Source: Candidatus Sumerlaeaceae bacterium
Lineage (GTDB): Bacteria > Sumerlaeota > Sumerlaeia > Sumerlaeales > Sumerlaeaceae
DNA: 64,000 nt
NCBI GenBank assembly: GCA_026418615.1
Contig: JAOAAY010000001.1
Location: 142,052-206,051, forward strand
Direction of reading: 5' to 3'
The position numbers and the translations under genes are program-made. The notes under the pieces are model-generated. The model did no database searches. It had not been told where the DNA came from and was given only the letters and a program-made list of their open reading frames with translations. Below, piece after piece: positions 29,423-37,489 of this stretch. How positions within the stretch are numbered: the stretch's first letter is position 1; each line of letters begins with the position of its first letter.

Positions 29423-30103
29423 ATGCAGTGCCATCTTGTTTATTTGACTGGCCCGAACGCCGGGCAGGCGAAGAATTTCGACGCAGCCCGGATCACTGTG
29501 GGGCGCGCCTCGTCATGCGATTTTCAGTTGGATCCCAACAAAGACCTTGCTGTCGCATCGGTTCATGCGGAGATCCTACTCGATGAGAACACCTTCTACA
29601 TTCAAGATGCTGGCAGCCGCGGCGGCACCTATGTAAACGGGTTCCGGATCACGCAACCGCAACCGCTGCGCAGCGAAGACTATATTCAATTCGGGAAGAA
29701 TGGGCCGGAAGTCATCTTCCGGCTCGGCGTGGCTCCGCCGGGGCGACAGCCGTTGCCGCCGGAGCCCCCGCGAATGGCAGAACTCGAGTTTCTGACCGGT
29801 GCCGATGCCGGGAAAATTTTCCCCGTGTTCGGCGACCAACTGACGCGAGTGGGACGCCGTGCTGACTTGGAAGTCGCCCTCGATCCGCGGGGCGACATGG
29901 TCGTCTCGGGCAACCACTGCAGCATCGCCTGTGTGGACGGGCGCTTCTACCTGACCGACACCAGCCGCAACGGAACTTTTATTAACGGTCGGCTGATTCA
30001 AGGGCGGGTATCGTTGCAAGATGGCGATGTCCTGACTTTGGGGGAGGGAGGCCCACGGGCACGGTTTCGGCTCCGTCCAGTGCGGCGGTCCTACCCGAAT
30101 TAG
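29423..30103 (+). CDS. tandem FHA-domain protein
   Basis: Two FHA modules. First: ITVGRASSCDFQL...VSRxHAEI...GSRGGTYVNG. Second: TRVGRRADLEVAL...VSGNHCSI...SRNGTFINGRL. Both carry the conserved G-R...S-x-x-H...N-G pattern. Confidence 0.8.
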   Translation: MQCHLVYLTGPNAGQAKNFDAARITVGRASSCDFQLDPNKDLAVASVHAEILLDENTFYIQDAGSRGGTYVNGFRITQPQPLRSEDYIQFGKNGPEVIFRLGVAPPGRQPLPPEPPRMAELEFLTGADAGKIFPVFGDQLTRVGRRADLEVALDPRGDMVVSGNHCSIACVDGRFYLTDTSRNGTFINGRLIQGRVSLQDGDVLTLGEGGPRARFRLRPVRRSYPN

Positions 30104-30184
30104 ACGGCAGGACGGCCCGCCGTTCAACCCCGAGATCTTGACGAGCCGACTCCGGTTGAGCACAGAGGGGCGGCTATCCCGCCC

Positions 30185-31609
30185 GTGTCGGCCGGTGCAG
30201 CCGCAATCGCTCGCGCCGTCCAGCGCCCCACGGAGGCACGACCCGCCGCGCCACCCATTTCCCAGCCGCCCCCGGTCATGTCTGGCGGCACCGCTGCTGC
30301 TGCCGAAATCGCGGCCGAGAGTCGGCCGCCGGCGCAGCAGCCATTGCCCGAAGAGAGTGCTCAACCCGTTAGTGCCCCTGCTTCACCCGCTGCCGCCGAT
30401 GTCGTCACGCCACCACGACCACGCCGACCGTTTCCCTACTTGCCGGTCATCGGCGGTCTCGTTCTGGTTTTTGGCCTCACGGGCATAGGCTGGTACCTAG
30501 CCACCCGCAAGGCTACGCCGGGCGCTCCCCCGCCCCCCGCAGCCAAGTCCGATTATGCAGACGAAGTCGCTGCAGGCGAATTCCGCAAAAACGACGCTGG
30601 TCGCTTCGAGGCAAAGATTCCCCGTGGCTGGAGTATCCGCGAAGAGGACAAAATACTGACCGCGGAGTCTGCCGACAAGAGCGTCGTAGTGGATTTCCTT
30701 CGGGACGAGCGGTTGGATTCCAACTCCGTTCAATCGGTTGTCCGATTGCCGGATGCTCAAGTGCAGAAACTTGACGCGAGGAAACATGGGGCTCTCACCC
30801 TCACATCGTTTGTATCCTCCGCCGCCGGCCGTGCTCGTTACGCCGTGCTCCATGAACCGGCGGGCGATACGCCCGGCTTAGCCTTGCTCGAGACCTCAAG
30901 CGAGATATTTCTTAAACTTCCGCGGGCGGTCGTGGACTCGCTAACGCGAGAGGGTTTCCGTTTGCGGCCGCTGGCTCCCTCCAAACCTGCTGCCACGCCC
31001 GCGCCTCCGTTGCCGGAGCCAACGCAGGTTGCACAGGTCGCCACGCCAACACCCGCTTCGGCTCCAACGGATACTGCGACCCCTCAACCGACCGCAACGC
31101 CTCCGCCACCGACGCCAACGGCAACGCCGACAGCGACTCCGGCAGTGACGGCGCCGCCGACTGCAACGGCTGCTGCGGCGCCCGAATCAGGCTTCTCCAT
31201 TGCAAGCGATCGCATCCGGCTTCGATTGTCGCTCCCTGCGGGCTGGAGTGGCGAGAGTCTGGCCGATGGTCAGGTCCTCGCACTGAAATCGCCGAGCGGC
31301 GTAGACATCAAGATGACCCGTGAACCGAAACCAGCAACGGCCAAGGCCGTTTTTGACGCCATGGCCGCGGAGGGGTGGGATGTCATCGCACGCAACGAGA
31401 ACCGGCGTGCGGGAGTCCTTGCCAGCGATCTCGCGGAAATGAAAAAAGGCAACGAACGCGTTATCCTCATCCTGCTGGGCTATCCCGACAAGTCTACTGT
31501 TTATATTTACGCCAGCAACAAAGACAAGTTTCTAACCCCGCAGCGCGAGGACCTCTCGCGACTCATTCAAACTCTCGCGGCTCAGGAACCGGCACCGGCA
31601 ACGCCGTGA
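30185..31609 (+). CDS. Pro/Ala/Thr-rich single-pass membrane protein with duplicated C-terminal domain (hypothetical)
   Basis: Proline-rich N-terminus, TM helix VIGGLVLVFGLTGIGWYLA, then two related domains (...IPRGWS... and ...LPAGWSGES...) separated by a PT-rich linker. Immediately downstream of the FHA gene. Start codon uncertain. Confidence 0.5.
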   Translation: MSAGAAAIARAVQRPTEARPAAPPISQPPPVMSGGTAAAAEIAAESRPPAQQPLPEESAQPVSAPASPAAADVVTPPRPRRPFPYLPVIGGLVLVFGLTGIGWYLATRKATPGAPPPPAAKSDYADEVAAGEFRKNDAGRFEAKIPRGWSIREEDKILTAESADKSVVVDFLRDERLDSNSVQSVVRLPDAQVQKLDARKHGALTLTSFVSSAAGRARYAVLHEPAGDTPGLALLETSSEIFLKLPRAVVDSLTREGFRLRPLAPSKPAATPAPPLPEPTQVAQVATPTPASAPTDTATPQPTATPPPPTPTATPTATPAVTAPPTATAAAAPESGFSIASDRIRLRLSLPAGWSGESLADGQVLALKSPSGVDIKMTREPKPATAKAVFDAMAAEGWDVIARNENRRAGVLASDLAEMKKGNERVILILLGYPDKSTVYIYASNKDKFLTPQREDLSRLIQTLAAQEPAPATP

Positions 31610-31631
31610 TGGTTTGCGGGCAAGACCCGCA

Positions 31632-32252
31632 TCAATGAGGGCCGAGGAGATCGGGCACCGGCGGGCATTCCTGACCGGCATAGCGTGGCGACCGGATGAT
31701 GTTGCCGATGGAGAACAGCCCGTTCGTCGGGTCGTAGGGCAACTGCGCACTGTTGGCAAACCGGTGGTCGAAGGCCAGGTCCGGTCCCACTGAGACGAGT
31801 CGCCATGGCCCGAAGTACTTCTCCGCCCGCGGCCAGAAACTCGAGGCCGACAAGCGTTTCATGTACTCGCTGTGAACCTGATATGTATAGAAGCGCTCGT
31901 CCAGTGGCGCCGTGAGGATGGCAGCCATAAACGGATCCGCGCGATTGATGGTGACCAAATACGCAACGGGTGTCGTCAGCGACCGGGAAAGAATACCGTT
32001 TACGGGCACCTTCTCAAACACATCGAAGTCGAGGTCCCGATAGAAGCGGAAATGGGCCATGCGGGGATACGCATTCTGATCCACATGATACGCTTCAATC
32101 GCACTCGCGTAGGTGCGAAACTCCGCAATCACGCGCGATGTCTTGGCTCTGACGAGCGATTCCTGGTAGGTCCCAGCCCCAAGAGCGCTCAGGATGACCA
32201 GAATTGCAACCACCACAAGAAGTTCAACGAGTGTAAAACTGCGAGAAGTCAT
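31632..32252 (-). CDS. prepilin-type N-terminal cleavage/methylation domain protein (T2SS pseudopilin GspG-like)
   Basis: N-terminus MTSRSFTLVELLVVVAILVILSAL is the class-III signal / N-methylation motif followed by Glu+5. The residue before Phe is Ser, not the usual Gly. Confidence 0.72.
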   Translation of the reverse strand: MTSRSFTLVELLVVVAILVILSALGAGTYQESLVRAKTSRVIAEFRTYASAIEAYHVDQNAYPRMAHFRFYRDLDFDVFEKVPVNGILSRSLTTPVAYLVTINRADPFMAAILTAPLDERFYTYQVHSEYMKRLSASSFWPRAEKYFGPWRLVSVGPDLAFDHRFANSAQLPYDPTNGLFSIGNIIRSPRYAGQECPPVPDLLGPH

Positions 32253-32264
32253 CGGGCATGCTCC

Positions 32265-33179
32265 TCAAGCATCAGGCTCACACAGCCAATTTGAGCCCTC
32301 TTGACGCAGTCTGAGCCGTTTGGGCAGGGTCTTGGTCCCTGACGCGCATAAGTCATCCAAAGCCATCAGGCAAAGGCCAAGCGTGACGCGCTTGGTGTCA
32401 ATACGCCGGGTGTCGATGAAACGCAGGAACTGCGCCCAGTCCGAATCCTGGACGAGTGCGTCAGACCCATACAGATTCAGGCAGCCGTTGCTTTCGCGAT
32501 GGGACCAGTGAACCGTGGGCGAGCCATGTAGCATCGACGCGTTCTTTTCAAGCGTTGCCGCGATGACCGCCACCGATGTCACCCTGTCCGATGACATGGT
32601 CGCGCTCGTGTCACCCGGCACCGCAAAGACGCGCAGAACTTGTGGGCTCGCCAGCGTGATCTGGCCATCTCCGCGCTGCCAATCCGACAGGGCGAACTGG
32701 CGCCTCCGTTCCGTGCTGGCATCGTACAGCCGGTAGAAACCACATGGCACGGAAACATAGCCAAAGAGGTACGGACGCTTCTGATTGTTGACGAACTTCT
32801 CAACCGTCTTTAGGTCCGGTGCCACAGGCGGATGAAGCCCAGTGGATTCTGTGCGACAGGCCCATTCTTCGGATTCCTTCTCGAGGCGTCCGTCCCGCTG
32901 GCGGTACACCGCGAGGCGACCACCGCGCAGCGGAAGAGTCGTTTCGTCAGCCCTCATTCTCTCCGGCCCGCGCCCAACCACTACAACATAGTCGAAATGC
33001 GTTGGATCAAGTGCCGCGACACTCACTTCAATCGGGGCATACGCCACGCGCCATGCTATCAACCGGGGAATCCCGAAGGAGAGAACGAAAACGCCTGTCA
33101 TGAGCAACATCCACCAGAACACTCTCCGGCCGCTTCGACGGACGAACGCCCGCGTCCTGCTGGAGTCCGCGCTATCCAC
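32265..33179 (-). CDS. hypothetical N-terminally anchored periplasmic protein with degenerate L,D-transpeptidase-like (YkuD) motif
   Basis: TM helix VFWWMLLMTGVFVLSFGI. Near the C-terminus, MLHGSP...SHRESNGCLNL resembles the YkuD catalytic block (hHGTP...S-x-GC-I-R-L) with Arg replaced by Asn. GC content is lower than its neighbours. Confidence 0.4.
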   Translation of the reverse strand: MDSADSSRTRAFVRRSGRRVFWWMLLMTGVFVLSFGIPRLIAWRVAYAPIEVSVAALDPTHFDYVVVVGRGPERMRADETTLPLRGGRLAVYRQRDGRLEKESEEWACRTESTGLHPPVAPDLKTVEKFVNNQKRPYLFGYVSVPCGFYRLYDASTERRRQFALSDWQRGDGQITLASPQVLRVFAVPGDTSATMSSDRVTSVAVIAATLEKNASMLHGSPTVHWSHRESNGCLNLYGSDALVQDSDWAQFLRFIDTRRIDTKRVTLGLCLMALDDLCASGTKTLPKRLRLRQEGSNWLCEPDA

Positions 33180-33954
33180 GCCGCCGCAACCTAATCAGCG
33201 CAAGCAGTAGCAAGGCCCCGCACGCCAGACCCACCAAGGCATGACGGATTGCCGGGCGGACATACCAAGGGGCTGGCCGGGGTTCTAAGCCCCGACGAGG
33301 GGCTTGGACTCCCGCCGCCTCCCATCTTGATCGTTCTTCGTCCAGTCGGCGGTGAGCCTCCCCAATGGCAGCGATCTCCTCGTCTGATGGCAAACGGGCC
33401 GTTTCGAGACTGAACACTATTGGAGGAGTCGTCCGGCTATCCTTGACTGTATCACCAATTCTCAAGCCTAGCCTGTCATCGCCCGGTGGCCACACATCGC
33501 CCGACTCAAGAGCAGAAAGCCAATAGTGCCACTCCACGGCACGATCCTCCGTGAAATCCGGTGGCTGCAGGTGCCGGACAACTGCTTCGAGAACCCATGT
33601 CGTTGGCTCGTCAGCCGGGTACCGAAATGTTGCCGCCGTCGCAAGAACCTCCCCGCGCGACGGGAACGGCATATAAAGTTCATAACGAACAGGCCGCTGC
33701 AAATGGTCGTACCTGATCGTCATTCGTCCGGCATACCGTGCACGCGGCGCTTTTTCCACAACTGTACCGGAGGACAAACCGGCCGCATGAAACAAATCGT
33801 CGAGTATCTCCAAAATCCCAAGACGGACCTTTGATTCAATCAGGCCTGGTAGTTCGTATACCACGCTCAGGACGGCATTCGGATCGCCAAGTGCGAGATC
33901 GTTTCGCGGTGGATACATGTACAAGACGCACGGCGAATCCTCTGTCGGGCGCAA
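33172..33954 (-). CDS. hypothetical protein with C-terminal TM anchor
   Basis: 260 aa ORF that overlaps the downstream gene by 8 nt (operonic). C-terminal helix ALVGLACGALLLLALI followed by RLRRRG. No recognisable domain. Confidence 0.38.
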   Translation of the reverse strand: MRPTEDSPCVLYMYPPRNDLALGDPNAVLSVVYELPGLIESKVRLGILEILDDLFHAAGLSSGTVVEKAPRARYAGRMTIRYDHLQRPVRYELYMPFPSRGEVLATAATFRYPADEPTTWVLEAVVRHLQPPDFTEDRAVEWHYWLSALESGDVWPPGDDRLGLRIGDTVKDSRTTPPIVFSLETARLPSDEEIAAIGEAHRRLDEERSRWEAAGVQAPRRGLEPRPAPWYVRPAIRHALVGLACGALLLLALIRLRRRG

Positions 33955-33957
33955 GGC

Positions 33958-34626
33958 CTATAGCACGCGAGCATCGTCCATCATGGCCACCGCGCGACGC
34001 CCAGGCTCGTTGGCACGAGCCTCCAGAACTGGGCACTTTCCGGCAAGGCGGTGGTACTCACGATCGAACTGACTCTCCTCATCATTCACAAAGAGCCACA
34101 CGACGCCGTGAGCCGAACCAAACTCAAAGGAGGCACGCACCCGATTCCCGGCCATGCTCGCACGAGCAAATGCAATACGCGTCGCCTCGAACTGCCGGGA
34201 GTCCCCAGACAAGGCTGCAAGGCGTTTGCAGGCTTCCTCCTCGGAAATCAGAGCCAGATCCCTTGTCTCCATATCAGTAGCGGGCGGGGCCAATGTCTCG
34301 ATCACCCCAGACACCCGCAGGTTGGCAACCGACCCCGAGGTGATGCGGCAATGACCGGTCACCGCATAGGAACACACAAAGGATACGATCAACAGGATAG
34401 CGCCGGTGGATTTGACTCGGTTACACGACACAGACGGAACGCGATGGTCGTTCCACGCAACAGACACAGAGCCTGCTAATCGCTTCGCAACTCTGCGCGA
34501 CAGGCGTAGGCTTTCGACCATCATCCGCATTGCTTGCCTACTTGGCCGACTCCAGCAAGCGGCATCTCGCAGAGGTATTTGCCACGCACTGTCACCACAT
34601 TTCCTGTATTTCGGCATGTAATCCAC
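33958..34626 (-). CDS. hypothetical protein (possible lipoprotein; start uncertain)
   Basis: 222 aa ORF with a 4-nt gap to the next gene. Internal hydrophobic segment GAILLIVSFVCSYAVTGHC could be a signal peptide if translation starts at an internal codon. No recognisable domain. Confidence 0.33.
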   Translation of the reverse strand: MDYMPKYRKCGDSAWQIPLRDAACWSRPSRQAMRMMVESLRLSRRVAKRLAGSVSVAWNDHRVPSVSCNRVKSTGAILLIVSFVCSYAVTGHCRITSGSVANLRVSGVIETLAPPATDMETRDLALISEEEACKRLAALSGDSRQFEATRIAFARASMAGNRVRASFEFGSAHGVVWLFVNDEESQFDREYHRLAGKCPVLEARANEPGRRAVAMMDDARVL

Positions 34627-34970
34627 GATTCAATGCAATCAGGGCAACCCTGGGCATTGGACCATACCCATGCGCAAACCCCGCATGTCTTCTTATTTCT
34701 TGTATTATTCGTAGGAGCCACTGCTTGGACAGTTCCCGTTTGAATCGGGGACCCCATGCGGTTGACAAGTGGCTCCCAGGTTCGAGGCACCGCCACTTAA
34801 GCATTTCAACCCTGGCTTCGCAAACAAATGGTTGGGCAATGCCATTACTGCCCACACGGCAAATGCCGCAAAACAACGGGACATCCTCATGCTCGTACTC
34901 CTGCTTAATCCTCCGCAGAAGCATTTGGAACATCCACACCTGCAGCGAACTTTACCCCCCCCAAGATCCG

Positions 34971-35474
34971 TCAACAAGAATCGTCATGCAGCATGCGCAG
35001 GTACGCCTTCAGCGCGTCGAAGTCTGCGAAGACCTCCGTGGCGCAGCCGAGAATCCAACTGCTGGCGGAGGCGGGAGGCATGGCGAGGACCATGTACACG
35101 GGGATGCCCATGCGGTAGGCCAGCGTGAGTTCGCCGGCCGTGCCGGCGCCGCCGCGGGCGTGTTCGTCCCACAGACACACGACGAACTGCGTGCGCTGCA
35201 GCAGCATGTCGAGGTCCTGGTCAATGATCCGTCGGATGACGGGCAAGAAGCGGGGGCGGTCGGCGGACTTCCAGTGGCGGAATCCCGCGCGCTCCTCCGG
35301 CGTCAGGGGCGACATCTCCTCCACGCACGGGTCGTAACAGGGGAGGCCGAGTTCATCCTGCAAGAAGGCCGCCATGTCGCGCCGCCACGCACGGCCGCCG
35401 TCGGGGGCAAACTCGATGGCTCCGGCCAGATAAACATGTTTGCGGCCGTCGGCGTCGCCCGTCACCCGATCCAC
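34971..35474 (-). CDS. YtoQ-like / nucleoside 2-deoxyribosyltransferase-fold family protein
   Basis: 167 aa. N-terminal KHVYLAGAIEF (the YLAG motif of NDT/Rcl/YtoQ folds) and a central FVVCLWDE...GTAGELTLAYRMGIPVYMV block paralleling YtoQ. Overlaps the upstream response-regulator gene by 13 nt. Confidence 0.5.
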   Translation of the reverse strand: MDRVTGDADGRKHVYLAGAIEFAPDGGRAWRRDMAAFLQDELGLPCYDPCVEEMSPLTPEERAGFRHWKSADRPRFLPVIRRIIDQDLDMLLQRTQFVVCLWDEHARGGAGTAGELTLAYRMGIPVYMVLAMPPASASSWILGCATEVFADFDALKAYLRMLHDDSC

Positions 35475-36040
35475 TTCTTGCGTTCCTGCTCCTCGTGCTC
35501 CTGTGCGAGCGGCCGGCGCAAGCGGCTCGGAAAAGGCGTCTGCTCGCCCGGCGCGGCCTCGGGGACCGGGGTATCGAGCGGGCGGGGCACACTTCCCCCC
35601 AACGAGAGTTTCAACTGCAGGCGCAGGGAAACATCGCGCATCGAGAGCGTCTTCTTGCGCGGCTCGTAATGAGACAGCAGCGACTCAACATTGCGTATCA
35701 ACCGCTCAGGTTGGAACGGTTTGGGCAGATATAGGTTGGCGCCCAGTTTGTAACCATATTTGATGTCGCGGGCCGTATCCTTGGCGGACAGGAAGATCAC
35801 GAGCACCTGGGCAAACTTCGGGTTCTTCTTCATAAACTCGATGATCTGGTAACCGGTCACTTTCGGCATCATGATGTCGAGCACCACAAGATCAGGCTCG
35901 AAGATGTCCAGCGTGTCACACGCTGTGACCGGGTCGTTGACCGTCAGCACCTCGTATTTGGGCGACAGAGTCATACGGACAAGTTCGAGAATGTCATTGT
36001 CGTCGTCCACCGCCAGAATGCGGAGTTTCTCGTCGGTCAT
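35462..36040 (-). CDS. response regulator, receiver domain only plus about 65-aa C-terminal tail (CheY-like, orphan)
   Basis: Receiver motifs: LAVDDDNDILE, phospho-acceptor VVLDIMMP, FLSAK, KPF. No DNA-binding output domain. The tail is charged and Pro-rich. Confidence 0.85.
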   Translation of the reverse strand: MTDEKLRILAVDDDNDILELVRMTLSPKYEVLTVNDPVTACDTLDIFEPDLVVLDIMMPKVTGYQIIEFMKKNPKFAQVLVIFLSAKDTARDIKYGYKLGANLYLPKPFQPERLIRNVESLLSHYEPRKKTLSMRDVSLRLQLKLSLGGSVPRPLDTPVPEAAPGEQTPFPSRLRRPLAQEHEEQERKKWIG

Positions 36041-36148
36041 GGGATCACTCCGTTCGCTGTACGACTCTGATGCGCCGGAGCGCGCGTGCCCCCCGGCTTT
36101 GCTGATTCTCTTTGAAATGCAGCCGCTACGCTTACCTCTTTATAAAGC

Positions 36149-37087
36149 ATGAACCCTGATCCAGCGGTCAATAAAAAACCCCGCCGGAAGGGTGCCGCAT
36201 GCGCACCCGAGCGACCCTTCTGGCGGGTGAGAGACATCGTCCAATTGGCGCTGGCCGAGGACATCGGCGCTGGGGATGTTACCAGTGCGGCATTCGCACG
36301 GCGCGGGACGGCACGGGCCGTTGTCCTGGCAAAGGCTGCGGGAATTCTGAGCGGAATCGAAATCTTGCAGTGCGTCTTCCGAACGCTTTCCCGTCGGGCG
36401 CGCGTCTGCCCGCTCAAGAACGACGGAGATTCATTTGCCCCGGGCGAGCACCTTGCTGAGGTGGAAGCGCCGCTGGAGGTCCTCTTCACGGGCGAGCGGG
36501 TAGCACTGAATTTTCTCCAGCGAATGAGCGGCGTGGCGACGCTAACCCGGAAATTTGTGGATCTGCTCGGCCCGCAAACCCGGGTGGCCGTCTGCGATAC
36601 TCGCAAGACAACTCCTCTGCTGAGGACGCTCGAGCGCATGGCTGTGGCGCACGGCGGCGGCGTCAACCACCGGTTTGGCCTCGACGACATGGCCATGCTG
36701 AAAAACAATCACATTGACGCGGCGGGAGGCGTTGCCGCAGCCGTCGAGGCCCTGCGCCGAAGCGGTTTTTTCGACCGCAAGCCGCGCTTGCCGCTCTGCA
36801 TCGAGGCCCGCACCAGCGACGAGGCCTGCGAGGCCCTGACTTTCAAGCCGGACATTATTATGCTGGACAACATGAGTCCCCAAACCATCCGCGCCACCGT
36901 GGCAACTCTGGCACGAGAGGCTGCCACTCTGGGTACTCGCGTGCCTTTGATCGAAGTCAGCGGCAACATTACCTTGAAAAACATTGCCCGCTACCGCCGT
37001 CTGCCGATTGACCGCATCTCCATCGGCGCGCTAACGCATTCGGCACCTGCCATGGACATCTCCATGAGGATCCACGGGCTAAAGTAA
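36149..37087 (+). CDS. nadC: nicotinate-nucleotide pyrophosphorylase [carboxylating] (quinolinate phosphoribosyltransferase)
   Basis: ALAEDIGAGDVTS N-terminal motif plus central and C-terminal QPRTase blocks (GVATLT, DNIMLDNM, IEVSGNIT). The start is probably a non-ATG or internal codon downstream of the track start. Confidence 0.85.
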   Translation: MNPDPAVNKKPRRKGAACAPERPFWRVRDIVQLALAEDIGAGDVTSAAFARRGTARAVVLAKAAGILSGIEILQCVFRTLSRRARVCPLKNDGDSFAPGEHLAEVEAPLEVLFTGERVALNFLQRMSGVATLTRKFVDLLGPQTRVAVCDTRKTTPLLRTLERMAVAHGGGVNHRFGLDDMAMLKNNHIDAAGGVAAAVEALRRSGFFDRKPRLPLCIEARTSDEACEALTFKPDIIMLDNMSPQTIRATVATLAREAATLGTRVPLIEVSGNITLKNIARYRRLPIDRISIGALTHSAPAMDISMRIHGLK

Positions 37088-37122
37088 CCTTTTGACAGGG
37101 GCAGGGGCTTTCCCCGGCAGCA

Positions 37123-37476
37123 CTACAATTCGCGTTTGGGAATCAGCACATAGTGGCGCCACTGGGACTCGCGGCTTTTCACCGGCGCCATCTCCGCCGC
37201 CAGATCCAGCGGCATGACATGCTGGGGAGCGGCGTAAAACCGTTCGCGCGCCGTTAGTTCCTCGTAACCGGGCTTCTGCAGCCGGATGTCGTAAAACCAG
37301 TTCCAGTTGTACGGAATTTCAACGGGCGTCTCGCCTCGATAGACACCATTGATCCAGCATTTCGCCCCCGGCGGATCGCTCGTGATCGTGGCCATGCGGC
37401 GGATGCAACCAGTCAAACATAACGCTGCCACTGCAATCAGCACTGCCCCTGTCATCAGCCTCGGCAACGGACGCAT
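37123..37476 (-). CDS. PEGA-domain lipoprotein (hypothetical)
   Basis: Trimmed to the MRPLPRLMTGAVLIAVAALCLTGC lipoprotein signal (lipobox LTGC). SDPPGAKCWINGVYRGETPVEIPY resembles a PEGA domain. Confidence 0.5.
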   Translation of the reverse strand: MRPLPRLMTGAVLIAVAALCLTGCIRRMATITSDPPGAKCWINGVYRGETPVEIPYNWNWFYDIRLQKPGYEELTARERFYAAPQHVMPLDLAAEMAPVKSRESQWRHYVLIPKREL

Positions 37477-37489
37477 CTCTATCCTCCGG

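Noticed and set aside
34530-35669. 379-aa plus-strand ORF
   Set aside because: It is antisense to an unambiguous receiver-domain gene and the YtoQ-like gene. Its composition is low complexity with no motifs.
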